A DNA stretch of 64,000 nucleotides from Candidatus Acidiferrales bacterium (GTDB taxonomy: Bacteria; Chloroflexota; Dormibacteria; Aeolococcales; Aeolococcaceae), in contig DATLRX010000033.1 of assembly GCA_035534435.1 (NCBI GenBank), positions 88,560 to 152,559 on the forward strand. Reading direction: 5' to 3'. Positions within the stretch are counted from its first letter, which is position 1; the number at the start of each line of letters is the position of its first letter. Positions 23,160 to 33,081 of this stretch are shown here, one piece after another. The position numbers and the translations under genes were made by a program. Under the pieces are notes generated by a model that made no database searches, was not told the DNA's origin, and saw only the letters and a program-made list of their open reading frames with translations.

Positions 23160-25828
23160 GCTCCGACCGGCACCGGCTCCGGCGGCGGCGCGGCGGCCTT
23201 CTCGAGCGTCACGCGGCGCACGAGGCCGAACGGCGTCTGCTCGTCCGACTGCCCCAGCGGGTTATCGGCAACCATGGCTAGAACAGCGTCGGCGTCGACG
23301 CCGACGGTCGCGAACACCTCCGCGGCCATGTCGTTGGCGTCGATGACGGCGACGCCGACGCGGCGTCCGGTGCGCCCACGAACCTCGGCGGCGATGCGCA
23401 ATGCCTCGCCCGACGCATCGAGCGGCGACTTGGTCGCCCATGTGTCGTACGGCGGGAGGTTCAGCGAGGACGGTCCGTCGATCGCGTTGACACCGTGGCC
23501 CGCCACACGGTAGAAGATGCCGCGCATCCCGAGCGGCTTGGTGACGGCCGCCGCGGCGGCGGCGAGCAGTATCCGCGGGACGCCCGCCTCGTCGATGGCG
23601 AGTTGCATCGTCGTCGGATGGGCCAGCCCGATGCCCGTGGGCTCGTGGCTCACGTAGCGCGACAGCAGCCGGGCCGCGCGTGACACGGGGATCTCATCGA
23701 TCGGATACGAGCGGCCCTGGCTGATTGCAAGTGCTTTCTCGCTGATCAGCAGCACGTCGCCGTCCTCGATCGCCACCCCGCCCTTCTCGAACTGCTCGAG
23801 GCTGTCGCCGATGATCTGCATGAGATCCGCACCCGGCACGATCAGCGCCGAACGCAGCGGGTATCGCGCCCAGATGCGGCCTTTGTCCTCGAGGAAGAGG
23901 TGACGGCCCCAGTTGAGGCGAGCGCCGTCGAGCAGCGCCTGTCCGCCGGCCACCTTTGCGGCCGTGGCCTGGTCACCGCGGCGCACGAAGCCACCGTGAT
24001 AGCTGTGATCGTCGAGCGCGCGGGTCGAGCCGTCGATGTAGATGCGCAGCCAGACCTCGGCGTTCACCGCGCGCCAGAAGAACATCGATTCCTCGACCTC
24101 TCCGGCGCATGCGCGGCGGAAGCCCTCCGCCACGGCCGCGGCCTTCCAGTACGGTCGCCCGCGGAACGACGGCGAGCGCATGAGGCTCTGCAGCACCGCG
24201 CGCTGGCGCCGGTACCAGCGGAACTCCGGGGTGGTGAAGCCGATCTTCTTGCGCCGCCGCTCGACGGCGCGAGGCAGCGTCCCGTGCAGCGCCTGCCGCA
24301 CGATGGCGCGCGTCCATCCGTTGTGGATGATCGCGGTCCTCGGCAGCGTGAGGATGTAGTCGACCAGCTCCTGGTCGAGGAACGGCAGGCGGGCCTCGAG
24401 TGAGTGCGCCATCGACGCCCGGTCCTCGTACCGAAGCAGCGGCGGGAGGCTGTACGTCCGGAAATCCTGCAGCAGGCGGCGCTTCAGGTCGTCCGCCACG
24501 CGATCGTCGTCGGGGGGTTTGCGGCCGCGCGTGAACGCCGGGGAGAGCATCGATGCGACGTCCACGCGCTGGCCACGCTCGCGCAGGCGGCGGCGCACCA
24601 GGGGGCCGACGATGTCACGCAGCAACCAGGCCTCGTGCGCGAACTCCGTGTAGCGGCGCTCGCGCAGGAGCTGGCGCAGCAGGACGTAGGGGTAGTGGTC
24701 GTACCCGGCGAGCAGCTCGTCGCCCGCCTGACCGTCGAGGGTGACCGTGACCTGGCGCCTCGCGAGACGCATCACCATCCACATCGCGAACGGCGCCGAC
24801 GACACCATCGGCTCCTCCATGTGCCAGACCCACGCCTCGAGCTCGCGGATGAAGTCCTGGTCGCTGGGACTGACGGCGCTGTTGTCGGCGCCCGTCTTGT
24901 CGAGAACGCTTTTGATGTAGGCGCTCTCGTCGATTCGATCCCCCGGGAACACGGCCGAGAACGTCTTGAGCCGGTCACCGAGCGACTCGGTGTCCGGAAC
25001 ATGGTCGCGCAGCTGCTGCGCCATCACCGTGCAGATCGACGACGAGTCGAGACCACCGCTGAGGCAGATGCCGACCGGCACATCGGCGACGAGGCGGCGC
25101 TGCACTGCGCGCTCGAACACCGCGCGAAAGGCCTCCGGGCTCGCGTCGCCGTCCTCCGACAGGCGCGGCGTCCAGTACGTCGTCTCGGAGATGGCGCCGC
25201 CCTCGATGATCGCGAATGCGGCGGCGGGCACCTGGCGGATCCCGCGAAAGAACGTGCCGTCGTTGTGGTCGAACAATCCAAAGCGCAGGTACTCGTACAT
25301 CTGCTGCTCGTCGACCTCGCGCGGGAACGTCTCGTCCTGGAGGATCGCCTTGATCTCCGACGCGAAGATGACGCGCCCGTGGTGGCGCGCGTAGAACAGC
25401 GGCTTGATCCCGAAGTGGTCGCGCGCGAGCACGAGCTTCGGGCTCGCTGCGCGCCTGTCGAGGATCGCGAGCCCCCACATGCCGTTGAAACGCCGGAAGC
25501 AGTCCGTGCCCCACTCGGCGTACGCATGGAGCACGACCTCGGTGTCCGACGCGGTGTGGAAGGTGTGCCCGAGCGGTTCCAGCTCGGCGCGCAACTCCCG
25601 GTAGTTGTAGACCTCGCCGTTGTAGACGATCTGGAGCTTGCCGCCGTCCATCGCCATCGGCTGATTGCCGTGCGCGAGGTCGATGATGCTGAGCCGGCGG
25701 AACCCGAGCGAGGCGATCTCGTCCTCGTAGCGACCTTCGTCGTCGGGGCCACGATGCCGGATCGACTCCGTCATCGCAGTGAGCAGTGCGCTGTCCGGTG
25801 CGCCCCAGAATCCGGCGATGCCGCACAT
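23156..25828 (-). CDS. fusion protein: asparagine synthetase-like (glutamine amidotransferase + PP-loop synthetase) fused to a CofE-like (F420-0:gamma-glutamyl ligase fold) domain
   Basis: A single 890-codon frame. It starts MCGIAGFWG (Ntn Cys2) and carries SGGLDSS (PP-loop). The C-terminal ~260 aa contain GDVLLISEKALAISQGR, AIDGPSS and LPPYD...GRRVGVAVIDANDM in CofE motif order. No internal stop. Confidence 0.75.
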   Translation of the reverse strand: MCGIAGFWGAPDSALLTAMTESIRHRGPDDEGRYEDEIASLGFRRLSIIDLAHGNQPMAMDGGKLQIVYNGEVYNYRELRAELEPLGHTFHTASDTEVVLHAYAEWGTDCFRRFNGMWGLAILDRRAASPKLVLARDHFGIKPLFYARHHGRVIFASEIKAILQDETFPREVDEQQMYEYLRFGLFDHNDGTFFRGIRQVPAAAFAIIEGGAISETTYWTPRLSEDGDASPEAFRAVFERAVQRRLVADVPVGICLSGGLDSSSICTVMAQQLRDHVPDTESLGDRLKTFSAVFPGDRIDESAYIKSVLDKTGADNSAVSPSDQDFIRELEAWVWHMEEPMVSSAPFAMWMVMRLARRQVTVTLDGQAGDELLAGYDHYPYVLLRQLLRERRYTEFAHEAWLLRDIVGPLVRRRLRERGQRVDVASMLSPAFTRGRKPPDDDRVADDLKRRLLQDFRTYSLPPLLRYEDRASMAHSLEARLPFLDQELVDYILTLPRTAIIHNGWTRAIVRQALHGTLPRAVERRRKKIGFTTPEFRWYRRQRAVLQSLMRSPSFRGRPYWKAAAVAEGFRRACAGEVEESMFFWRAVNAEVWLRIYIDGSTRALDDHSYHGGFVRRGDQATAAKVAGGQALLDGARLNWGRHLFLEDKGRIWARYPLRSALIVPGADLMQIIGDSLEQFEKGGVAIEDGDVLLISEKALAISQGRSYPIDEIPVSRAARLLSRYVSHEPTGIGLAHPTTMQLAIDEAGVPRILLAAAAAAVTKPLGMRGIFYRVAGHGVNAIDGPSSLNLPPYDTWATKSPLDASGEALRIAAEVRGRTGRRVGVAVIDANDMAAEVFATVGVDADAVLAMVADNPLGQSDEQTPFGLVRRVTLEKAAAPPPEPVPVGA

Positions 25829-25930
25829 GTCAGTGGCTCGCCGGCGACACGGCCGGCGTCAGGGAACGAGGGGGCATGACCAGGGCAACGGTACGACAGC
25901 GTCCGTGGTCACGGACCGGAGACCAGTCGA

Positions 25931-27595
25931 TCAGAAGTCCATGTCGTCGTCGTCCATGCCACCCATCCCGCCCATTCCACCGCCGTGGGAATGGCCGCCT
26001 CCGGCCGGCGCACCCTCCTCGGGCTCCGGTGCGTCGGCGATGAGCGCGTCGGTGCTGAGGACGATGGTCGCGATCGACGTCGCATGGGTCAAGGCTGAGA
26101 CGACAACCTTGGTGGGGTCGATGACCCCGTGCTCGATCAGGTTTCCGTACGTTTCGGTGAGAGCGTCGAAGCCCTCGTCGCCCGTCGACTCCGCCACGGT
26201 GTTCACGACCACCTGGCCTTCGAGCCCGGCGTTGCTCGCGATGATGCGGAGCGGCTCACGCAGCGCCCGCGCGACGATGTCGGCCCCGAGACGCGCGGTG
26301 CCCTCGAGCTCCAGCGCCTCGATCGCCGGGACCGCGCGCAGCAGCGCGACGCCGCCGCCGACGACGACGCCTTCCTCGATCGCCGCGCGTGTTGCGGCCA
26401 GCGCATCCTCGACACGAGACTTGCGCTCCTTCATCTCCACTTCCGTCGCTGCGCCGACCTTGACGACGGCCACGCCGCCGGTGAGGCGCGCGAGGCGCTC
26501 CTGGAGTTTCTCGCGATCCCAGTCGGACGTGGTCTCATCCATCTGCTGACGGATCTCCGCACAGCGTCCCTCGATCGCGGACTTGGCACCGCCACCACGC
26601 ACGATCGTCGTGTCGTCCTTGGTCACGGTGACGCGACCGGCGACCCCGAGATGCTCGTCACGGACGGCGTCGAGCCGGAGCCCGGTCTTCTCGCTGATCA
26701 CGGTCGCCCCGGTGAGCACGGCGATGTCCTGCAGGATCGCGTCACGCCGCTCGCCGAACGCCGGCGCCTTGACGGCCATCGCGCTGAACGTCCCGCGAGC
26801 GCGGTTGACGACCAGGGTGGCGAGCGCCTCCGCCTGGATGTCCTCGGCGATGATGAGCAGCGGGCGCCCGGCGCGCATCACCAGCTCCAGGCTGGGAAGC
26901 AGGTCGGGAACCGCCGAGATCTTGGCATCCGTGACCAGAACTCGCGCGTCGTTCAGCACCGACTCCATGTTCTGGGTGTCGGTGACCAGGTGCGCCGAGA
27001 TGTAGCCGCGGTCGAACTGCATGCCCTCCACGACCTCGACCTCGGTGTCGATGCCGTTGCCGTCCTCGACGGAGACGACCCCCTCCTTGCCCACCTTGTC
27101 GAACGCGTCGGCGATCATGGCGCCGATCGTCTCGTCGCCCGAGCTGATGGTGGCCACGCGCCGGATGTCGTCACCGCCCTTGACGGGGTGCGACCGGGAG
27201 CGGATCGACTCGACGGCGGCGTCGCAGGCCGCCATCATTCCGCGGCGAAGATCGTTCGGCGGAGCGCCTGCGGCGAGATTGCGCAGTCCCTCGTCGAGCA
27301 TCGCCCGCGCCAGCACCGTCGCTGTGGTGGTGCCGTCGCCGGCGATGTCGTTGGTCTTGATGGCCACTTCCTTGAGCAGCTGCGCTCCCATGTTCTCGAA
27401 GTGATCCTCGAGCTCGAGCTCGCGCGCGATCGTGACGCCGTCATTGCTGATCAGCGGCGGCCCGAACTTCTTGTCCAGGACGACCGTGCGGCCGCGCGGG
27501 CCGAGTGTCACCGCGACGGTGTCGGCGACGATGGCCGCGCCGCGCGCGAGCGCGGCGCGCGCCGGCGCCTCGAAACGGAGCTGCTTGGCGGCCAT
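25931..27595 (-). CDS. groEL: chaperonin GroEL
   Basis: MAAKQLRFE...[14 protein letters not shown] and C-terminal GGM repeats. Confidence 0.95.
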   Translation of the reverse strand: MAAKQLRFEAPARAALARGAAIVADTVAVTLGPRGRTVVLDKKFGPPLISNDGVTIARELELEDHFENMGAQLLKEVAIKTNDIAGDGTTTATVLARAMLDEGLRNLAAGAPPNDLRRGMMAACDAAVESIRSRSHPVKGGDDIRRVATISSGDETIGAMIADAFDKVGKEGVVSVEDGNGIDTEVEVVEGMQFDRGYISAHLVTDTQNMESVLNDARVLVTDAKISAVPDLLPSLELVMRAGRPLLIIAEDIQAEALATLVVNRARGTFSAMAVKAPAFGERRDAILQDIAVLTGATVISEKTGLRLDAVRDEHLGVAGRVTVTKDDTTIVRGGGAKSAIEGRCAEIRQQMDETTSDWDREKLQERLARLTGGVAVVKVGAATEVEMKERKSRVEDALAATRAAIEEGVVVGGGVALLRAVPAIEALELEGTARLGADIVARALREPLRIIASNAGLEGQVVVNTVAESTGDEGFDALTETYGNLIEHGVIDPTKVVVSALTHATSIATIVLSTDALIADAPEPEEGAPAGGGHSHGGGMGGMGGMDDDDMDF

Positions 27596-27604
27596 GTTCG
27601 CTGT

Positions 27605-27919
27605 CTAGCTCTTGTTGCCGTTCTTCTCGACGACCGCGAGGATGTCCTTCTCGCCGAGGATCAGGTAATCGACATCGTCGATCTTGACCTCGCTGCCCGC
27701 GTACTTCGCGTACATCACGCGGTCTCCGACCTTGACGTCGAGTGCGACGCGAACTCCGGTCTGCTCGTTGTAGCGACCGTTGCCGACCGCCTCGATGATG
27801 CCTTCCTGGGGCTTCTCCTTGATGGTGTCAGGGAGAACGATGCCGCTCTTGGTCATCTCGTCACGCTCGACGGGTTTGACGACGACGCGGTCAGCGAGGG
27901 GGCGAAGGTTGAGGGACAC
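27605..27919 (-). CDS. groES: co-chaperonin GroES
   Basis: [16 protein letters not shown]...; AGGAGG RBS. Confidence 0.95.
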   Translation of the reverse strand: MSLNLRPLADRVVVKPVERDEMTKSGIVLPDTIKEKPQEGIIEAVGNGRYNEQTGVRVALDVKVGDRVMYAKYAGSEVKIDDVDYLILGEKDILAVVEKNGNKS

Positions 27920-27940
27920 GGACGGACCTCCTGGTTTTTC

Positions 27941-27967
27941 TTAGCACTCTTAGTGGGTGACTGCTAA
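27941..27967. promoter_or_regulatory. CIRCE element (HrcA operator) upstream of groES
   Basis: TTAGCACTC-N9-GACTGCTAA, 8/9 match to the consensus right arm GAGTGCTAA, about 25 nt upstream of the groES RBS. Confidence 0.7.
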
Positions 27968-28025
27968 CACTCTACCGAACCGAGTGCCAATCGCGCAAGC
28001 GGCGACACCCGCCGATCGCGGTTGA

Positions 28026-28880
28026 TCAGACGGCGGTTGCGGTCGCGGGCGGGCGCACCGCGGGCGGGGAGCCGCCGGTTCGCCGGGGGCGGAGGAAAAG
28101 GGTGAGGCCGATCACCAGGAACGCCGCCCAGATGACCGCCTGGAGCACCGTCGGCGCGGCGCTGTAGCCGACGAGACCGTGGAGCACGTCCCCGATCCCG
28201 GTGTCGTCAGGCAGGCTGCCGCTCACATTCCAGAGCGTCATCGACCTCCCCGGCAGCACGTTGAGCTGCTGGAGATTCTGGACGGCGTCGGCGAGGAGCC
28301 CGGCGGCGACCACCATCAGCAGGCTGCCCACGATCGAGAAGAACCGGCCGAGGTTGATTCGCAGCCCCACGCGATACATGGCGTAGCTCACCCCCACCGC
28401 GATCGCGAGTCCCACCACCGCGCCGAGCACCAGCTGCAGCGGCGAGCTCTGGTACGCGATCGCGAGCAGGAAGATGACCGTCTCGACGGCCTCGCGGCCG
28501 ACGGTCACGAAGGCGATGAGCCCGAGTGCGATTCCCGAACCGCCGCTCACCGCCCCGGACACCTTGTCGCGCAGCTCACGACCGAGGCTGCGGCTGTGAC
28601 GGCGCATCCAGAACGTCATGTACGTCAGCACCGTCACGGCGACGGCGAAGATCACCGTCTCGAACCACCTCTGCTGCGACGACCCGATGAAGGCATCGCG
28701 GGTCACGACCCAGAGGACAACGCCCGTGGCGGTCGCCATCCCCACGGCGAGGCCGGCGCCTCCGAAGACGTGGCGGAAGAGGTCGCGCCGTCCGGCGGCG
28801 GCGAGGTAGGTGAGCAGGATCGAGCAGATCAGCGTGCCCTCGAGTCCCTCGCGGGCGAAGATCAGCAGGCTCCCGAACAT
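28026..28880 (-). CDS. FTR1/EfeU-family high-affinity iron permease
   Basis: Two RExxE motifs (REGLEGTL and REAVETVIF) in predicted TM helices 1 and 4. 7-TM profile. Confidence 0.75.
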   Translation of the reverse strand: MFGSLLIFAREGLEGTLICSILLTYLAAAGRRDLFRHVFGGAGLAVGMATATGVVLWVVTRDAFIGSSQQRWFETVIFAVAVTVLTYMTFWMRRHSRSLGRELRDKVSGAVSGGSGIALGLIAFVTVGREAVETVIFLLAIAYQSSPLQLVLGAVVGLAIAVGVSYAMYRVGLRINLGRFFSIVGSLLMVVAAGLLADAVQNLQQLNVLPGRSMTLWNVSGSLPDDTGIGDVLHGLVGYSAAPTVLQAVIWAAFLVIGLTLFLRPRRTGGSPPAVRPPATATAV

Positions 28881-28929
28881 CCAGCTCCGTCTCCATCGGG
28901 TGTGGATCCGTTCGGACCCCGTCGCCGCG

Positions 28930-28948
28930 TTAGCTTAGCCTAACCTAA
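28930..28948. promoter_or_regulatory. IdeR/DtxR iron box
   Basis: TTAGCTTAGCCTAACCTAA, an 18/19 palindrome versus consensus TTAGGTTAGCCTAACCTAA. Overlaps the regulator stop codon and lies about 45 nt upstream of the FTR1 start. Confidence 0.65.
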
Positions 28949-29647
28949 CTTCTCTGCAGGGGCCTCGACCCAGACGGCTCTCGCGGTTCCTGAGTCGATG
29001 GTGACCTCCTCGCCGCCGGCGCGAATCGTCAAGACGCGGGCGGTGCGGCCGGTGACGCCCACCTCGATCCCGGGAATGAGGCCGCACTCATCGAGGAGCC
29101 GGAGCAGCTGCGGCGCCTCGTGCTCCGCCACCTCCGAGATCCGCGCCACCCGCGCCGTGTCCCCGTCGCGGAGATCGACCAGGCGCATGAGATGCCGTCC
29201 TTTCGGCGGGGTCCGCCCGGGGATGACGTTGCCGTGGGGACAGGTGACCGGCCGCCCGAGTTGCTGATCGAGGCGGTCGAGGACCGTCGATGACATCCCG
29301 TGAGTCAAGGTCTGCGCTTCCAGGTCTGCCGTCGCCCAGTCGAACCCGAGCACATCCGTGAGCCAGCGCTCGACGATTCGATGCCTGCGAACGATGGTGG
29401 CCGCGGCCTCCGCGCCATCGGGGGTGAGCTCGACGGAGCGATCTGCCGCGATGCGGACCAGCCCGTCGCGGGCGAGGCGCTGCAGCGAGACGGTGACGGT
29501 CGGCGCGCTGACCCCGAGCCACTCGGCCAGGCGACCTGGGCGCGGGACCTCGCTCTCGTGCTCGATGTAGTAGATGGCCTCGAGGTAGCGCTCGGCGGCC
29601 TCGGAGTGGTGCTCGGGCTGGGCGTCCACCGGCACATCAGCCGGCAC
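28940..29647 (-). CDS. ideR: DtxR/IdeR-family iron-dependent repressor with C-terminal SH3-like (FeoA) domain
   Basis: HTH region (AAERYLEAIYYIEHESEVPRPGRLAEWLGVSAPTVT), metal-site His/Glu/Cys context and a C-terminal FeoA/SH3-like domain. Start inferred to abut the tsaD stop. Confidence 0.7.
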   Translation of the reverse strand: MPADVPVDAQPEHHSEAAERYLEAIYYIEHESEVPRPGRLAEWLGVSAPTVTVSLQRLARDGLVRIAADRSVELTPDGAEAAATIVRRHRIVERWLTDVLGFDWATADLEAQTLTHGMSSTVLDRLDQQLGRPVTCPHGNVIPGRTPPKGRHLMRLVDLRDGDTARVARISEVAEHEAPQLLRLLDECGLIPGIEVGVTGRTARVLTIRAGGEEVTIDSGTARAVWVEAPAEKLG

Positions 29648-30669
29648 TATGCGCACTCCGCGAGCGATGGATCGACATCGAAACCGGGGGTGTCCGGACC
29701 GTGGATCGCAAGGCGCTGCCAGCCGGCTGCACCGATCATCGCCGCATTGTCGGTGCAGAGATCGAGCGGTGGCACCACGACGCGGAGCCCGCTGAAGCGA
29801 GCGGTCACCGCCTCGCGGAGCGCCCGGTTGGCGGCGACCCCGCCCACCACCGCGACGGTGCTCGCGCCGCATCGATCGACGGCCGTCTCGAGACCGCTCA
29901 CGAGCTGATCGACCGCCGCGGCCTGGAAGCTTGCCGCGAGATCGGCGACCACCGTCGGGTCGCGGGGCACGCCGGTTTCCGTCAGCGCATCCGAGCCGAG
30001 GTCGCGAACGAGATAGCGGACTGCCGTCTTGAGCCCGCTGAACGAGAACGCGCCGTCGAGCCGCGTTCGCGGCAGGGGGAACCGTGCCGGATCACCGCCG
30101 GCGCCGGCCCGCTGGATCGCGGGACCGCCGGGGTACTCGAGCCCGATCAATCTCGCCACCTTGTCGAACGCCTCCCCGGCCGCGTCGTCGCGGGTGGCGG
30201 AGAGCCGCTCCGCGAGGCCGTGCTCGCGGAGGACGACGCACTCGGTGTGGCCGCCGCTCACCAGGAGCGCGAGGTACGGCGGCTCGAGATCGGGATCTGC
30301 GAGCCACGCGCTGTAGACGTGGCCGGCAAGGTGCGACACGCCGACGATCGGCAGCCCACGCGCGATGGCGGCCGACGATGCGTACATCGTGCCGACGATG
30401 AGGCAGCCGGCGAGGCCGGGCCCCCGGGTCACCGCGACCGCATCGATGGCATCCCAGCCGCCCGGGACCGGCGCGAGGGCCGCGTCGACAACCGTGGAGA
30501 GTCCCTCGAGGTGAGCGCGAGCCGCCAGCTCGGGTACGACGCCGCCATGGGTGGCGTGCAGCGCGATCTGTGACGACACCACCGACGAGCGCACCTCGCG
30601 TCCGTCGGTGAGCACCGCAGCGGCGGTCTCGTCGCAGGAGGTCTCGATCGCGAGGAGATTCAGGCGGAC
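29647..30669 (-). CDS. tsaD: tRNA N6-threonylcarbamoyladenosine synthase TsaD (Kae1/Gcp)
   Basis: LLAIETSCDETAAAV N-terminus, HxxGH metal site (SHLAGHV). 341 aa after trimming. Confidence 0.85.
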   Translation of the reverse strand, partial: VRLNLLAIETSCDETAAAVLTDGREVRSSVVSSQIALHATHGGVVPELAARAHLEGLSTVVDAALAPVPGGWDAIDAVAVTRGPGLAGCLIVGTMYASSAAIARGLPIVGVSHLAGHVYSAWLADPDLEPPYLALLVSGGHTECVVLREHGLAERLSATRDDAAGEAFDKVARLIGLEYPGGPAIQRAGAGGDPARFPLPRTRLDGAFSFSGLKTAVRYLVRDLGSDALTETGVPRDPTVVADLAASFQAAAVDQLVSGLETAVDRCGASTVAVVGGVAANRALREAVTARFSGLRVVVPPLDLCTDNAAMIGAAGWQRLAIHGPDTPGFDVDPSLAECA

Positions 30670-31181
30670 GGGTACTCCATCGACGGGGCGCCGCCGACAC
30701 CGGCGACGTCGATACCGCCGAGGATCGCGTTGAAGCCACGCTTGAAACCGGGCGCGTGAATGCTGTCGCTCCACATGATGACGGCGTCCTCGCCGTTGTC
30801 CGTGTAGTACCCGCGGCGGCGCCCGATCGCCTTGAAGCCGAAGCGCTCGTACAGGCGTATGGCATGGTCGTTGCTGTCGCGAACCTCGAGGGTGATCCAG
30901 CGAGCGCCGAGCGCGTACGCGCGCTGGATCAGGGCAGCGAAGAGCACTGTGCCGTATCCCTTGGAGTGGTCGCCCGCGCGAACGCCGATCGTCGTGATGT
31001 GCGCCTCGAGCGCCACGCGCCACAGCCCCGCATACCCGACCACCTCACCGTCCTGGCGCAGCACGATGTACGACGCCTGCCGGTTCTGCGACAGCTCGCT
31101 CGCGTAGGCATTCTTCGGCCACGGCGACGCGAAGACCTGACGCTCGATGGCTTGCACGGCGGCAATGTCCTCGTAGCGCAT
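30660..31181 (-). CDS. rimI: ribosomal-protein-alanine N-acetyltransferase RimI (GNAT)
   Basis: GNAT motif A (RGYGT-like HSKGYGTVLF) in its conserved position upstream of tsaD. Start approximate. Confidence 0.65.
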   Translation of the reverse strand: MRYEDIAAVQAIERQVFASPWPKNAYASELSQNRQASYIVLRQDGEVVGYAGLWRVALEAHITTIGVRAGDHSKGYGTVLFAALIQRAYALGARWITLEVRDSNDHAIRLYERFGFKAIGRRRGYYTDNGEDAVIMWSDSIHAPGFKRGFNAILGGIDVAGVGGAPSMEYPSA

Positions 31182-31284
31182 CGGTTCGACGGAAAGCCGA
31201 GGGACGACCTGCATGAACACCCTGAACAAGGCGGCGGTGTTGGTCTTCGCATCATAACCGCGCACTCGAGACGCGGAGGCCGGC

Positions 31285-31300
31285 CATGACGGATGTCATG
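31285..31300. promoter_or_regulatory. perfect inverted repeat CATGAC-GGAT-GTCATG in the divergent rimI / ABC-TCS promoter region
   Basis: Read from the sequence, about 60 nt upstream of the ABC ATPase start. Confidence 0.35.
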
Positions 31301-31357
31301 TCAGGTTGCTGACGCCGGGCACTACCCCCTTCCGTCGGTGTCGCCCAGGCTGGGGAC

Positions 31358-32302
31358 ATGACACAGCAGCTCTCCGTCCAGCGCCCGGCCGCGTCCTCCG
31401 ACCGCTCCGCGATCAGCCTCGCCGTCCACGTCGACGGCGTATCGCGCTCGTACGGCACTGTGCGTGCGGTCGATGACGTCAGCTTGAGCGTCGGCCGCGG
31501 CCAGACGGTCGCGTTGCTCGGACCGAACGGCGCCGGCAAGACGACCACGATCACCCTCCTCCTGGGACTCGCCAGGCCCGACCGGGGAACCGTCGCGGTG
31601 CTCGGCATGTCCCCGGAGGACGCGGTCTCGCGCGGGCTGATCGGCGCGATGCTCCAGGACGGCGGGATGATGCCCGGCGTCCAGGTCGGTGAGCTGCTCG
31701 CGATGGCGCGGAATCTCTTTCCCGCACCGCTCTCCATCGAGAACACGATCAGCGTCGCGCAGCTCGAGGGTCTCGAGAAGCGGCGGGTGGATCGACTCTC
31801 CGGAGGTCAGTCCCAGCGCCTTCGCCTCGCGATGGCGCTCGTCGGTGACCCGGAGCTGCTGATCCTCGACGAGCCCACCGCCGCGATGGACGTGGAGGCG
31901 CGACGCAACTTCTGGCACGCGATGCGCGGATTCACCGACCGCGGCCGGACCATCCTCTTCTCGACGCACTACCTCGAAGAGGCGGACGCGACCGCCGACC
32001 GCATCGTCCTGATGGCGCGCGGCCGCGTCGTCGCCGACGGGACGCCCGCCGCGATCAAGAACTCAGTCGGCCTGCGAGTCATCCGCTTCGCGGTGGTGCG
32101 TGCCGAGACGTCGGGGTTCGACGCGCTGCCGGGAGTTGTCGCCTCATCCGCGCGTGGCAACCGTGTCGAGCTGCGCTGCAGCGACACCGACATCGCATTG
32201 CGCGCGCTGCTCAGCGCGCGCCCGGATGCCCACGACATCGAGGTCTCTGGGATCGCACTCGAGGACGCGTTCCTCTCCATCACCGACGGCGCCGCCGCCT
32301 GA
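31358..32302 (+). CDS. ABC transporter ATP-binding protein
   Basis: Walker A GPNGAGKTT, signature LSGGQSQRL, Walker B LLILDEPT. Confidence 0.8.
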   Translation: MTQQLSVQRPAASSDRSAISLAVHVDGVSRSYGTVRAVDDVSLSVGRGQTVALLGPNGAGKTTTITLLLGLARPDRGTVAVLGMSPEDAVSRGLIGAMLQDGGMMPGVQVGELLAMARNLFPAPLSIENTISVAQLEGLEKRRVDRLSGGQSQRLRLAMALVGDPELLILDEPTAAMDVEARRNFWHAMRGFTDRGRTILFSTHYLEEADATADRIVLMARGRVVADGTPAAIKNSVGLRVIRFAVVRAETSGFDALPGVVASSARGNRVELRCSDTDIALRALLSARPDAHDIEVSGIALEDAFLSITDGAAA

Positions 32303-32320
32303 TACAGGAGTTCACTCTCA

Positions 32321-33061
32321 ATGCGTTCGTACCTCGCTCTCGAGCTTCGCCGCTCCCTTCGCGACCGCCGCTACCTGCTGCTCGTGGTCGGGTGGCCCGT
32401 CGGCGCATACCTGCTCTTCTCGACCGTCTTCGGGGCGGCATCGGACAGGTCCGAGGGTCTCGCGCCGACCATCGCGATCATGATCGCCATGGCCACCTTC
32501 GGCGCCATGGGTGGCGTCCTCATGGCGTCCGGTCCCCGGCTTGCCATCGACCGCCAGGTCGGATGGCTCCGCCAGCTGAGCCTCACCCCGATCTCCCCCA
32601 TCCGCGTCCTCGCGGTGCGGCTCATCACCGCGATGACCCTCAGCCTGCCCGCGATCTGCCTCATCTTCCTCACCGCGGCCGTCGTGAAAGACGTGACGCT
32701 CCCGCTCTGGGAATGGCCGGTGCTCGTGCTGTGCATCTCGGCGGGCTGCCTCCCGTTCGCCGCCATGGGAATCGTCATCGGGAGCGTCGCCGACGGCGAC
32801 GGCGCGCAGGGGCTGACGATGGTGCTGTACCTCGTGCTCGCCGCCCTCGGTGGGCTCTGGGTGCCGGAGCAGATCCTCCCCGCGCCCCTGCAGACCGTGG
32901 CCAGGGCGCTGCCCTCATACCACCTCGCGCAACTCGGCTGGCACGTCGCACAGGGGGTCGCTCCGGCGATCGGGGACGGCCTCGTCCTGCTCGGCTGGTT
33001 CGCCGTCGCGGCACTGCTCGCCGTCGCCGTCTCCCGCCGTCTGTCGCTGCGCGCCGCGTGA
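32321..33061 (+). CDS. ABC-2 type transporter permease
   Basis: 246 aa, six hydrophobic helices. Immediately downstream of the ATPase. Confidence 0.7.
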   Translation: MRSYLALELRRSLRDRRYLLLVVGWPVGAYLLFSTVFGAASDRSEGLAPTIAIMIAMATFGAMGGVLMASGPRLAIDRQVGWLRQLSLTPISPIRVLAVRLITAMTLSLPAICLIFLTAAVVKDVTLPLWEWPVLVLCISAGCLPFAAMGIVIGSVADGDGAQGLTMVLYLVLAALGGLWVPEQILPAPLQTVARALPSYHLAQLGWHVAQGVAPAIGDGLVLLGWFAVAALLAVAVSRRLSLRAA

Positions 33062-33081
33062 ACGTGGCATAGCATCCGACC

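Noticed and set aside
24404-25879. 491-aa plus-strand ORF
   Set aside because: Antisense to the AsnB-like domain, whose MCGIAG and SGGLDSS motifs fix the real strand.
26129-27967. 612-aa plus-strand ORF
   Set aside because: Antisense to groEL, which is unambiguous. Arg/Asp-rich with no domains.
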